Shown piece after piece: positions 10,812 to 19,456 of a DNA stretch of 64,000 nt. The DNA comes from a virus. Lineage: Duplodnaviria; Caudoviricetes. Under the pieces are notes generated by a model. The model was not told the origin of the DNA. It worked only from the letters and a program-made list of their open reading frames with translations, and made no database searches. The DNA lies in IMG/VR virus record IMGVR_UViG_3300021376_000006. One strand, written 5' to 3'. The translations under genes were made by a program, and so were the position numbers. Position 1 is the first letter of the stretch; each line of letters opens with the position of its first letter.

Positions 10812-11220
10812 GTGCCGACTTTGCCATCGAGTCAACTGTACGCTCAGGAGCTGTTTTTACACCTTTTGAATCAGTAACCCCGGGTTCTTCATCTGCATCA
10901 TCTGCAAAAGGTTCAAGATATACATACTTGACTCCAGAAAGATCGTCTTTGATATCTTTGATTAGATTTTTAACGTTTTGATTGTTCTTGTAAGCGTCCA
11001 ACAAATTTTCCAAATTAAACTGTTGTTCACCTGTGCCTTGAACCAAGTTGATCAGACTGTCTACTCGTATGCGAGGTTGAATGTGGGTATCGTGAGCTCT
11101 ATGACGTAAGAATTCAAGTGTGGTGAGCAAATTTGCATCACCACGACCGTCTGCCTCATCTTCGAGCACTTCATCCAAGTATTGATCTAAGTTCTCTGAA
11201 ATAACTTCACGAATACGCAT
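10795..11220 (-). CDS. Acidic hypothetical protein, putative head-associated
   Basis: N-terminus MRIREVISE; coupled to neighbours. Confidence 0.6.
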   Translation of the reverse strand: MRIREVISENLDQYLDEVLEDEADGRGDANLLTTLEFLRHRAHDTHIQPRIRVDSLINLVQGTGEQQFNLENLLDAYKNNQNVKNLIKDIKDDLSGVKYVYLEPFADDADEEPGVTDSKGVKTAPERTVDSMAKSALAKRS

Positions 11221-11903
11221 CAGCGTTTTTCTCTGCCCACTACATTAGGGCCTGCTGCTGCATCTGTTGCAGCAAAATTATCAGTCTCCATGTTGCCAGT
11301 CATGTCTGTTGCAGGCATTTGGTCTGGCATAGGGCCACCAGGTGCAGGCATGTCCATTCCCATCGGAGCGGCCACTTGTTCACCGGCTAAAGCTCTTGCC
11401 GCATCATCGGCTGTGCTTCTTGCTGATCCTAATTGTTGTACCATATTAGCTAATAGCGGCTCAACTGCACCTTTAAATGCCTCAGCCTGTTCCATGCCAA
11501 TTTGATCACGGATAGTGTCTAGCAGTGCAGGCATTTGCTCGTTTTGCATTTTGCTTACATCTTCCAGCATGTCTTGGATACTATCAACCATGTCCTTGGC
11601 AGCCAAAATAGCTTGACTCTTGCCCATTTCGCTTTCCATGATCAGCTGTTGCTTGTTTTCGATCATCCAACGGTGTAGACCTTCACGGATCATCAGTAAT
11701 TCCATGTACTTTGGATTTTGTTCTGCTACGTGGACTCCGTGACTGTGCTTGATTTTTTCAAGATTTTCGGTTAAGCCTTGAGCTAGCACATAAGCTTTTG
11801 GAAAGTTTAAATTGTCATAATCAATTTTGACGCCAAAGCGGCTTTCCATAACTTTGTTGATTTTTTTAGCGGAAGGCTTGACGCCCATTTCTGTTAATCT
11901 CAT
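11220..11903 (-). CDS. Helical hypothetical protein, putative prohead core/scaffold-like
   Basis: MRLTE N-terminus, coiled-coil middle, Met/Pro-rich low-complexity tail. Confidence 0.55.
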   Translation of the reverse strand: MRLTEMGVKPSAKKINKVMESRFGVKIDYDNLNFPKAYVLAQGLTENLEKIKHSHGVHVAEQNPKYMELLMIREGLHRWMIENKQQLIMESEMGKSQAILAAKDMVDSIQDMLEDVSKMQNEQMPALLDTIRDQIGMEQAEAFKGAVEPLLANMVQQLGSARSTADDAARALAGEQVAAPMGMDMPAPGGPMPDQMPATDMTGNMETDNFAATDAAAGPNVVGREKR

Positions 11904-12415
11904 AGTGGTGTGTTCCCAAATTTTAAGTATTTAGCCGAAATCAAAGTTTTTTTCAAAATGTTCAAAACGGTACGACGTTGTAATGTAGCGTCAATATATC
12001 TATTTAATGCAATATTGCTTTGAAATTGGTTTTTTGTAGTATTAATTGTGTGTTTATAAAATGCTATATCGTTATCAAGTTTACCCAGCTGCCGGTCCAA
12101 TTCCAGCACTTCATTGTAATCTGATTTGTTTTTTATAGATTTCAAACAATATAAAATTGCATGAGATTTGGCAACAAAATCGTGTAAATGTCTACCATCT
12201 CGTTGTATGACTCGCCAGCAGTTTTTTGTATGCCCGGTGATAATATAGGGGCCAACAAAAAACCCGCGATTTCCATTGGGGATAACCACGGGTTCGTTAA
12301 TAAATTTTTTAAGTTCTTGTTGGGTCCAACTTTTTATATATTTGATACCAAAATCTGCAAATGCGTTTTGAGCCTGTTCAAAATCAGTTTTTTTTCCTGT
12401 AATAGATTTTTCCAT
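11900..12415 (-). CDS. Hypothetical phage protein
   Basis: ORF overlapping both neighbours in same-strand operon. Confidence 0.6.
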   Translation of the reverse strand: MEKSITGKKTDFEQAQNAFADFGIKYIKSWTQQELKKFINEPVVIPNGNRGFFVGPYIITGHTKNCWRVIQRDGRHLHDFVAKSHAILYCLKSIKNKSDYNEVLELDRQLGKLDNDIAFYKHTINTTKNQFQSNIALNRYIDATLQRRTVLNILKKTLISAKYLKFGNTPL

Positions 12416-12590
12416 CTTGATTTTTTCTAAATAAAATATCTTTGTTAACCAACTGATTAGCTATTAGATGTTGTCTTGCAGACATGTCTTCTTTAGCTAT
12501 CTGTTTGACATCTTCAATTTGACCTAAAACATCTGCTTCTTCATTGGTAATTGGTATCCTTATTTTATTTACAAGTTCTACTATCTTCAT
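12384..12590 (-). CDS. Small hypothetical protein (winged-helix-like)
   Basis: MKIVE N-terminus; LIANQLVNKDILFR motif; operon context. Confidence 0.55.
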   Translation of the reverse strand: MKIVELVNKIRIPITNEEADVLGQIEDVKQIAKEDMSARQHLIANQLVNKDILFRKNQDGKIYYRKKN

Positions 12591-12593
12591 TTT

Positions 12594-12860
12594 TTATTTT
12601 AGAATAAGTTGTACAATGACCATAATTAAGCCTGTGAGCATTGCTACGCCAAAGGCTGTGCCAACAGTGATCAACTGCCCGCTACTTTTACTGGTAGCTT
12701 CTGCAGCCGACTCTGATATTTTCGTGCGTATAATTACAATATGTTCTTCCATTGTATGCATACGCTGTTCTAACTTATCTAGTTTTTCTTCCAATGCCCG
12801 GTATCTTTCAGCACATAAATCCACGTGCGCCTCCAGGTTTGCTCTTTCGCTTGCTGCCAT
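12594..12860 (-). CDS. Coiled-coil protein with C-terminal transmembrane helix (holin/XhlA-like architecture)
   Basis: LEEKLDKLEQRM coiled coil then LITVGTAFGVAMLTGLIMVIVQLIL hydrophobic helix. Confidence 0.5.
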   Translation of the reverse strand: MAASERANLEAHVDLCAERYRALEEKLDKLEQRMHTMEEHIVIIRTKISESAAEATSKSSGQLITVGTAFGVAMLTGLIMVIVQLILK

Positions 12861-12943
12861 ATCGCTCTTTCATAAAAGTTAGAGGGTTCTGAGTTAGTGC
12901 CTAGATAATGTGCCATAAAAAGATGCCTAATAGGTGCCTGTCT

Positions 12944-13378
12944 TTAAATAGTATTTAAGTTAATTCTGCCTTTTATAAAATATATGTTTTTTATTGCGCC
13001 GTATGGATAAAAAATAGGCAATATAAATCTTGCAGTTTCTTCAAGACCGCAGATAATAGGCACCCTAGCAAATGCTTGATCGAGCGTACCAACTGGGTCG
13101 GATCCTTTCAAAAATACGTCTTCATGTTCTACACCAAAACTGAAAATCCAACAGCGTTGATTTCCAAAATATATTTCGGGAAAATATGAGGTTTCGTCAA
13201 TCACTAAGTCACGCACATATGGACCATCAATTAATTGAGGTTGCGCTCGTAACCCAATACACTGCAAGACTGTTTCCCAATTACGTTGTTGATTGCGCTC
13301 AAGTTCTACATCATCGCGATGTCTTATTATTCCAGTAGCAGTTATATCAACTAAGGTTACACCAGTATAAAATTCCAT
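12944..13378 (-). CDS. Hypothetical phage protein
   Basis: ORF; start moved to MEFYTG, 5 nt after a TAAATA box. Confidence 0.6.
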   Translation of the reverse strand: MEFYTGVTLVDITATGIIRHRDDVELERNQQRNWETVLQCIGLRAQPQLIDGPYVRDLVIDETSYFPEIYFGNQRCWIFSFGVEHEDVFLKGSDPVGTLDQAFARVPIICGLEETARFILPIFYPYGAIKNIYFIKGRINLNTI

Positions 13379-13397
13379 ATAAATATTTATAATCAAT

Positions 13398-13424
13398 AAA
13401 AAAGCAGACTGAAGTCTGCTTTTT
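13398..13424 (-). terminator. Rho-independent terminator (AAAAAGCAGAC-loop-GTCTGCTTTTT), likely bidirectional
   Basis: Perfect inverted repeat with T tracts on both sides, just after the stop at 13445. Confidence 0.85.
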
Positions 13425-13444
13425 ATTTTTAAATAAATTTAAAA

Positions 13445-13840
13445 TTAAGCTACTGTAAATGATGCACCATCAGCTACAGTTGTACCACTTAGATCAACAC
13501 TGTTAGTGCCAACTGCTGTTCCTAAGGCACGAAGTGTAGTTTGCAGCACGCTTGCTGCTGGTGCATTAACACCGTCGCAAATTACGCTAATAACACCAGT
13601 AGCTGCGTTTGCAGCAAAGTATACTAACACACCTTGTGGTAGTGAGCGTATAATTGCTTCAAAAGCTTCATTAACTGCATCATCTTCTGTACGAAGATCA
13701 ACTGCACTTGCACTTGCATCTTTAGCAGTGATTAGATATAATTTAACGCTATGACCAACTTGTGCACCTGATGTGCCATTTAATGTGCCTACTACACCAG
13801 CGAATGCATAACCTGAACTACGAGTAACTCCTATTGGCAT
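13445..13840 (-). CDS. Small Ala/Gly/Val/Thr-rich putative virion structural protein, paralog 2
   Basis: MPIG start shared with 13945..14379; own late box, SD TAAGGAG and terminator. Confidence 0.65.
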   Translation of the reverse strand: MPIGVTRSSGYAFAGVVGTLNGTSGAQVGHSVKLYLITAKDASASAVDLRTEDDAVNEAFEAIIRSLPQGVLVYFAANAATGVISVICDGVNAPAASVLQTTLRALGTAVGTNSVDLSGTTVADGASFTVA

Positions 13841-13899
13841 TTTATTTCTCCTTAAATGTTTGCGTATTACCGCATAATAATATTTATGGCAGTAATAAA

Positions 13900-13925
13900 A
13901 AAAAGCAGACCAAAGTCTGCTTTTT
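13900..13925 (-). terminator. Rho-independent terminator with the same stem as 13398..13424
   Basis: AAAAAGCAGAC CAAA GTCTGCTTTTT. Confidence 0.85.
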
Positions 13926-13944
13926 CAAGGTACAAAAATACCGA

Positions 13945-14379
13945 TTAACTTGCTGCTAGTTTAATACCAACATTACGAACATCCATGGTAGTTGTTGTAA
14001 CTGGGCCATTAGCACCAATGTTACTTGATAGGGTAGCACGTAATGCAACTTGCATTGCTGCTGCACTTGCCCATGAACTACGCTCAGTGATAACACTTAA
14101 CTGCGTGTTAGCAGCAGTTGCACCAATATCAACTTGATATGCTAGAACTGTTGCGTTTGACGAAATAGCATTTAACAGTGTTTCAACTGCACCTGCTGTG
14201 CCATTTGTGCCACGACTTAGTTCAGCTGCAAGATTACCTGCAACAACTTGAATGTTGTATGCATTGACTGGACCAACAACACCAGTACTAATAATTGCTG
14301 CATTTGTTAGAATACGTCCACCATCAACGTTGTTTACGCCACCTGTGTCGCCATTTACTTTTGTTGCTCCTATTGGCAT
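13945..14379 (-). CDS. Small Ala/Gly/Val/Thr-rich putative virion structural protein, paralog 1
   Basis: MPIG start; similar composition and similar E(A/T)(I/L)...LAY region to neighbour. Confidence 0.65.
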   Translation of the reverse strand: MPIGATKVNGDTGGVNNVDGGRILTNAAIISTGVVGPVNAYNIQVVAGNLAAELSRGTNGTAGAVETLLNAISSNATVLAYQVDIGATAANTQLSVITERSSWASAAAMQVALRATLSSNIGANGPVTTTTMDVRNVGIKLAAS

Positions 14380-14439
14380 TTATTTCTCCTTAATTATTTG
14401 CGTTACCGCATGCTAATATTTATATCAAAGTATTCAAAA

Positions 14440-15537
14440 TTACAATCTTCCTTGCACATTTGAAGTGGAAAATACTCCACGATTTACCAGTTTTATAAAA
14501 CCACTAGGTGTGTTTATAACAAAACCTTCGCCTTTGGGTACATCGTTTACATATTGCTCTACGCCTTGTACTTGCGGTTCTAATTGATCTAATATGGCTA
14601 ATTTTAGGTTGTAAATTGCGCCATACGCAGTATCCATTGCTTCCATAATAGGACGATTTTCTTCTGCTGCTACAATCGCCAATTGCGGTTTGGTAATGTT
14701 ATTTTGTAACCAAGCAGCATCTACTGCTTGTCCTGTATACTTTCTGTTATAATATTGCTGTAGTCTAGCGATAGTGGATTGCGTTAAACTGCCTAAAAAC
14801 GCATCCCCATTCAAAGCTTGGAAATTTCGCACCGCTGCTTGTGCTGCTTTGACTTGTTTCACTGGTTCTCTGAGTGCAAATTTCGTGCCCATGTCACCAG
14901 TTAAAACAGTAATATATTGATTGGTACCGCTCAAGCCGCCTAGACCTTTTAAAGAAGTTTTGTTGGTTAATTCAGTGCCTTTGGTTGTTTTTTCTACATC
15001 ATTACCGTAAGTGTGTACCGCCAACCCAAAAGGTCTGCCTTTGATTTGCGTTTTCCCTAACTCGCTGTCAGTTTTTACCTTGTATTTGACTCCATATGGA
15101 TTGGCATGAAAAACATAGTAACCTTGCTCTTGGTTAACCGGCTCAGTCCACATCACATCCCCTTGGACTAATCCGCTAAATCCTGCAGGTACTATGCTAG
15201 CCACAGCATCAAACATATCTGCTAGTTTTTGTCCCACATCCATGTTTTTTCCATGCTGAGCAAAGAAGTTTAATAACTCTTGTCCAGATGTAACTTGGCC
15301 GCCCGGCATGCCGATGTACTCTTTGTAGTTCATAGTAAACAGACCATCGGCTGGTCTACGACCAAATATAATAGCCGGGCTACCGTCCCATTTGATACTA
15401 ACAATGGTTGGGTTAGAAACCGCGGCGAGCATGCCTGTGACAGCATCTTGTGCTGCGGCGCTTCCGTTAAGAATAAAATCTTCAGGATGCGGAGTTCTTA
15501 TGCCTTCGGTAAGTGTTGTAATAAATTCTAGTAGCAT
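14440..15537 (-). CDS. DUF6267-like protein with covalent nucleotidyltransferase (ligase) motifs
   Basis: SIKWDGSPAIIFG (motif I KxDG), VQGDVMW (III), EGFVI (IV), IKLV (V). Confidence 0.55.
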   Translation of the reverse strand: MLLEFITTLTEGIRTPHPEDFILNGSAAAQDAVTGMLAAVSNPTIVSIKWDGSPAIIFGRRPADGLFTMNYKEYIGMPGGQVTSGQELLNFFAQHGKNMDVGQKLADMFDAVASIVPAGFSGLVQGDVMWTEPVNQEQGYYVFHANPYGVKYKVKTDSELGKTQIKGRPFGLAVHTYGNDVEKTTKGTELTNKTSLKGLGGLSGTNQYITVLTGDMGTKFALREPVKQVKAAQAAVRNFQALNGDAFLGSLTQSTIARLQQYYNRKYTGQAVDAAWLQNNITKPQLAIVAAEENRPIMEAMDTAYGAIYNLKLAILDQLEPQVQGVEQYVNDVPKGEGFVINTPSGFIKLVNRGVFSTSNVQGRL

Positions 15538-16373
15538 TATACAAACTTGTTAGAAGTTTCTCTAAACCATGCTGCGGTTCCGGGCATAGGTGCTGCTTCT
15601 GGCAATTGAATGTCGCTTCTGGCTAGAGTTTCTCTAGCCGCTGCTACTAGCTGATCGTAATTGGGTCTTTTACTAACTGCATCTAGTATATCATCGGCTG
15701 TGTTTAACTTCGCTACAGGTATTCCGGTTAACTTGCTGATAGTGGCAGGATTTTTTCCATTTTCAACCGTGGTATTAGTTGCACGATCCACCAATCCATG
15801 TTTGTAACTGTATTTTAATCCCGGGTGTAATGTACTAACGATACTTGCTAACAGTATAGCACGACTTTCACCGGTAAATTGACTTCCTTCGCGGCCTCCA
15901 CGCATGGCAAATTGCTGCCATATTGGATCTCCGCTAAACATAAAATCTGTTTGTGCATACCCATTATCTGGATTACCATTAACGGGAGTCTTAAAATGCA
16001 CATTGTCTCCGGATTTTTCTATCCAATTTGTTTTATCTTTTGCAGTATTAGAAATTTGTTCATCGGGTATGCCTTGCTGTCTACACCATGCTGCTAATTT
16101 TGATATTAATTCTTCTTTGCTAACTTGTGTTTCATCTACAGATAAATCTAAGTCACCCGACGATCCTGGTTGCTCTTCTGTACCTTTTTTACGACCAGTT
16201 GTCCCCAGCCATTTTATAGGCACATTTTCTTCATCTCGATCTAAGGTAAAATCTAATCCAGTGATTTGTTCTAGCCAAGAGATTGTACTGGCAATTTCGC
16301 TAGTTAATATGCGTCTTGTCAACGGAGTTTTGTCGGCCTGTTTAAAAACATTACCGCCTTCGTTTATTTTCAT
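15537..16373 (-). CDS. Pol-beta superfamily nucleotidyltransferase
   Basis: WLGTTG...SSGDLDLSVD and later QTDFMF third Asp. Confidence 0.6.
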   Translation of the reverse strand: MKINEGGNVFKQADKTPLTRRILTSEIASTISWLEQITGLDFTLDRDEENVPIKWLGTTGRKKGTEEQPGSSGDLDLSVDETQVSKEELISKLAAWCRQQGIPDEQISNTAKDKTNWIEKSGDNVHFKTPVNGNPDNGYAQTDFMFSGDPIWQQFAMRGGREGSQFTGESRAILLASIVSTLHPGLKYSYKHGLVDRATNTTVENGKNPATISKLTGIPVAKLNTADDILDAVSKRPNYDQLVAAARETLARSDIQLPEAAPMPGTAAWFRETSNKFV

Positions 16374-17125
16374 CTACGACCTCTCCTTGGTTTAGGAGGC
16401 GGTGGTATATTTTCCACACTGCCTTCTTTGTTAGCGTAATCATCTAGTACAGCGTAGTCGTCGAATCTAGCTCTAACAGGTACTCCTGTGGTAGGAATTT
16501 GATACCAATTTCCGTCTGGGTATTTGTAAAACGTACCAGCTGGTGTTTCGACTGCAATGCGCTCGTTGTCGGCCATTGGCTGGTCAACCAAGTTAATAGG
16601 TTCTTCTGGTTCATCAGGTATCGTCCTGCCAGGCGGAGTTCTTGATGGAAGCTGTGCTGGTTCGACAGTCTGGTCTGGCTGAGTTTCTGGCCCTCTAGCT
16701 TGTTGGGCTAAATCTTCAAATCTACCATTTTGTTTTGCTAGTTTTTCAAGTGCTTGTAACGATGTGCCTGATGCTATTTGTCTGTTACCGGCATCAGTCC
16801 AACGTCCCGATTTATCAGCATCTTGCGGTAAAGCAGGATACTTGTAGTAGAGTCTTTGATCTCTAGTGGTCACAACCAGACGTTTGCCCTGCGGCACCGT
16901 TGTACGAGACAATGGTTTGTCTTGAGGTCGATACTCATCAGTGGGCATGAAACTGGGCACGCCACTTGAGTGTTTTTGTAACATTCTTGAAAACATTCCT
17001 GGGCCACTGTCTGAGGTAGTTCTACCAGTGTATTCACCAGTTTCTGGATCCTTTTCAAAATCCCATCTGTCGTAAGGGTCTCTCACTCGAACTTCATCTT
17101 CAACTATTATGTCCTTAATCTTCAC
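16370..17125 (-). CDS. Hypothetical protein with duplicated YKYP module and Pro-rich linker
   Basis: GTG start behind AGGAG SD (VKIKDIIVED); two similar V.T...(Y/F)YKYP..G.W segments. Confidence 0.6.
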   Translation of the reverse strand: MKIKDIIVEDEVRVRDPYDRWDFEKDPETGEYTGRTTSDSGPGMFSRMLQKHSSGVPSFMPTDEYRPQDKPLSRTTVPQGKRLVVTTRDQRLYYKYPALPQDADKSGRWTDAGNRQIASGTSLQALEKLAKQNGRFEDLAQQARGPETQPDQTVEPAQLPSRTPPGRTIPDEPEEPINLVDQPMADNERIAVETPAGTFYKYPDGNWYQIPTTGVPVRARFDDYAVLDDYANKEGSVENIPPPPKPRRGRR

Positions 17126-17363
17126 GTCGAAATCTCCTGACTCCGCGAGCAAACTTGGCAGGATCTTGTGCTCTAATGCTGTTAAGTAACCTACGTTCTA
17201 ATTCAGCTGCTTGTTCTGCATCGTAGTTTTCTTTGATATAATTTATCAAATTGATAGCACCCTGTATCACATGTCCAGCACGACTTTCCACTAAATTTTC
17301 CCTGTCTTTACCAACGGGCATATGGGCTAGTTCGTCAAGTATACTGCGGGTGCGTTTTTGCAA
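17115..17363 (-). CDS. Conserved small helical phage protein
   Basis: TTG start with GGAG SD and TAAATA box upstream. Confidence 0.65.
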   Translation of the reverse strand: MQKRTRSILDELAHMPVGKDRENLVESRAGHVIQGAINLINYIKENYDAEQAAELERRLLNSIRAQDPAKFARGVRRFRRED

Positions 17364-17393
17364 AATCTACTCCAATACTTGTTATTTACCGTA

Positions 17394-18032
17394 TTATAAC
17401 AAGTTACGGTAATTGAGTTTGTTGACTAGCATATCAAAATACATGCTATGCCCGGCCGGGCCATCATGTCCGTTCCATCCACATAAATCAAAATCTACTG
17501 GCTTTATACCGGTAATATTTTCCTGAAACCATATTCTACTATCATCAAACCAATTTAAAATTCTGGGTTCGTTTTTAACGTAATTAACAAAAGCATCTCG
17601 CATAGGTAGTTGATTATCGCTAAAATTTTTTCCGTTATTGATTATAAGAAATTGCTTGTTTCTTGCTTTAAAAAATTCTATCAGGCCTATTATATGTGCA
17701 TATAAAGTACACTCGATTGTTTCAAAATCTAATTTTTCAATCGCTTCTTTCGTTAATATATTGTGTAACGTATGACTATGTGGTGTAGTCAAGTCAAATC
17801 TAAATATTGTAGTAATATTTAAAATATACAACACTGGTAATTTAGGGTTTTCTAAGCAGTGCTGCATTGCTAATTTAAGCATCATGTCATTGCTACGCCC
17901 GGGTAAACTTTCGTTTACTATTTCTGTACACCCATAAAGTTTAGAAATTTTGTACCAATAATGATCTTGTATACTTGGGCACCATATTCCGTTGTTATAT
18001 GTGTGGCTGTCACCAAGATTGTATAAAATCAT
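17394..18032 (-). CDS. SGNH hydrolase-like protein
   Basis: LGDSHT block I, NESLPGRSN block II, GHDG C-terminal His. Confidence 0.55.
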   Translation of the reverse strand: MILYNLGDSHTYNNGIWCPSIQDHYWYKISKLYGCTEIVNESLPGRSNDMMLKLAMQHCLENPKLPVLYILNITTIFRFDLTTPHSHTLHNILTKEAIEKLDFETIECTLYAHIIGLIEFFKARNKQFLIINNGKNFSDNQLPMRDAFVNYVKNEPRILNWFDDSRIWFQENITGIKPVDFDLCGWNGHDGPAGHSMYFDMLVNKLNYRNLL

Positions 18033-19456
18033 TCGGTTTTTGTTTTAAGGCTTGCCAGCATACTTTTTAGTCGCGAGCTGTCAACTGTAGCCTGAGCTGA
18101 TTTATCTAAGTCAAGTCCAGGTTTGGGTCGGGCTGCGACCATGGGGCTGGTTGTTGTGGTAGATGTTTTGATTTGATCAAGTATCTGATTACTTGTACGG
18201 AAACCTTGTCCGCCATTCTCACTTTGTGCATCCGGTCCAGGATCGGTAATACGCATGGTTTCGATATTGTATTCTAAATCCACTTTCATACCTACGCCAG
18301 TACTGCTACGACTTTTCATACATTGTATCTGATATCGACCACGCTCACGCATGGCTCGACTTGTAAAAATACCAAACACATTATCTGCTGTATTAATTTT
18401 ACTGATACCACCTGATATATGACTGTGATCAAATTCTACTTCTTCGACTGCCGATCGATTTAATTGACTTGCTGTTACCATTAACATGCCTAGTTCTTTG
18501 GCTAAATTGCGTAGTTCTTCACTGACATACTTGTCCTTTACAAACAAGTCATTGGGACTAACCTTGGCGCTTACTGGCATTAACAAGTCCAAGTAGTCAA
18601 TCATAATAAAGTCTACCTGTCGACCTGTTTGAATTTGATATTCTTTAAGATAAGAACGTATATCATTGATATTGCTTTGGGCAGGTAGGCCTTTAACTTG
18701 ATAAGTTCCTGCTTTTTTTCCTACCATTTTTACTTTTAGTGTGGTGGTATCAATATCCTTACGAATATCTTTAGTACTCATGTTAGACAACATGGCATCA
18801 GTACGCAAGCTGGTCAGTTCTTCACTCAGTTCCAGTGTAATATAAACGCCGTTCAATCCTGCTTGTAGCCAGTTTAGCGCAATGTTCATCATAACAAGCG
18901 ACTTACCTGATCCTGATCCACCGGCAAAGATGTTCAGTTCTCCTCTACTGAATCCACCATATAGCAACTTGTCAAGACTAGGCCATCCTGTGCTCACTTG
19001 CCCGCCTGAATTGAAATATCGGTTGATACGAGTAGCCGGATCAGCAAAATAGTCTGTACCCATGTCTTTGGTCAAACTGATCTGTACAGCATCTTTTATC
19101 AGTTTTTCTACAGGATCGAAGTCACCTCGTTCAATCATGTCCGCTGCTTTGAGAATAGCTCGCTCTAGTTCTTGCTTGCGACTAAATCCTTCAAACTCCT
19201 CTAGAAACCAATCATAGTGTCCGTCTCTGAGATCAGGAACAGATCGTAATTCTATACCAGTTGCAGCCTGTATCTGTTCTCTAGTAGGCAGGGTTTTATG
19301 ATCATCACTGTGTTTTTTTATAAACTTTGCAGCTTCCCGTAAACTTCTATCAAAATTTTCTGCATTGTAAATGTTCTGAACACGCACATAAGTTTCTGCG
19401 TCTTCCAACATCATTTCTAAAAATAATTTCTGTACTTCTGGATTATAATCTTTCAT
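18029..19456 (-). CDS. Replicative DNA helicase, gp41/DnaB-like
   Basis: AGGSGSGKS Walker A, IMIDYLD Walker B, VSEELRNLA, TASQLNR, KINTAD. Confidence 0.93.
   Translation of the reverse strand: MKDYNPEVQKLFLEMMLEDAETYVRVQNIYNAENFDRSLREAAKFIKKHSDDHKTLPTREQIQAATGIELRSVPDLRDGHYDWFLEEFEGFSRKQELERAILKAADMIERGDFDPVEKLIKDAVQISLTKDMGTDYFADPATRINRYFNSGGQVSTGWPSLDKLLYGGFSRGELNIFAGGSGSGKSLVMMNIALNWLQAGLNGVYITLELSEELTSLRTDAMLSNMSTKDIRKDIDTTTLKVKMVGKKAGTYQVKGLPAQSNINDIRSYLKEYQIQTGRQVDFIMIDYLDLLMPVSAKVSPNDLFVKDKYVSEELRNLAKELGMLMVTASQLNRSAVEEVEFDHSHISGGISKINTADNVFGIFTSRAMRERGRYQIQCMKSRSSTGVGMKVDLEYNIETMRITDPGPDAQSENGGQGFRTSNQILDQIKTSTTTTSPMVAARPKPGLDLDKSAQATVDSSRLKSMLASLKTKTE

Noticed and set aside
13398-13925. 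Repeated AAAAAGCAGAC hairpins as a CRISPR array
   Set aside because: Only two copies, 500 bp apart and flanking a gene; these are terminators. No repeat-spacer array was seen anywhere.
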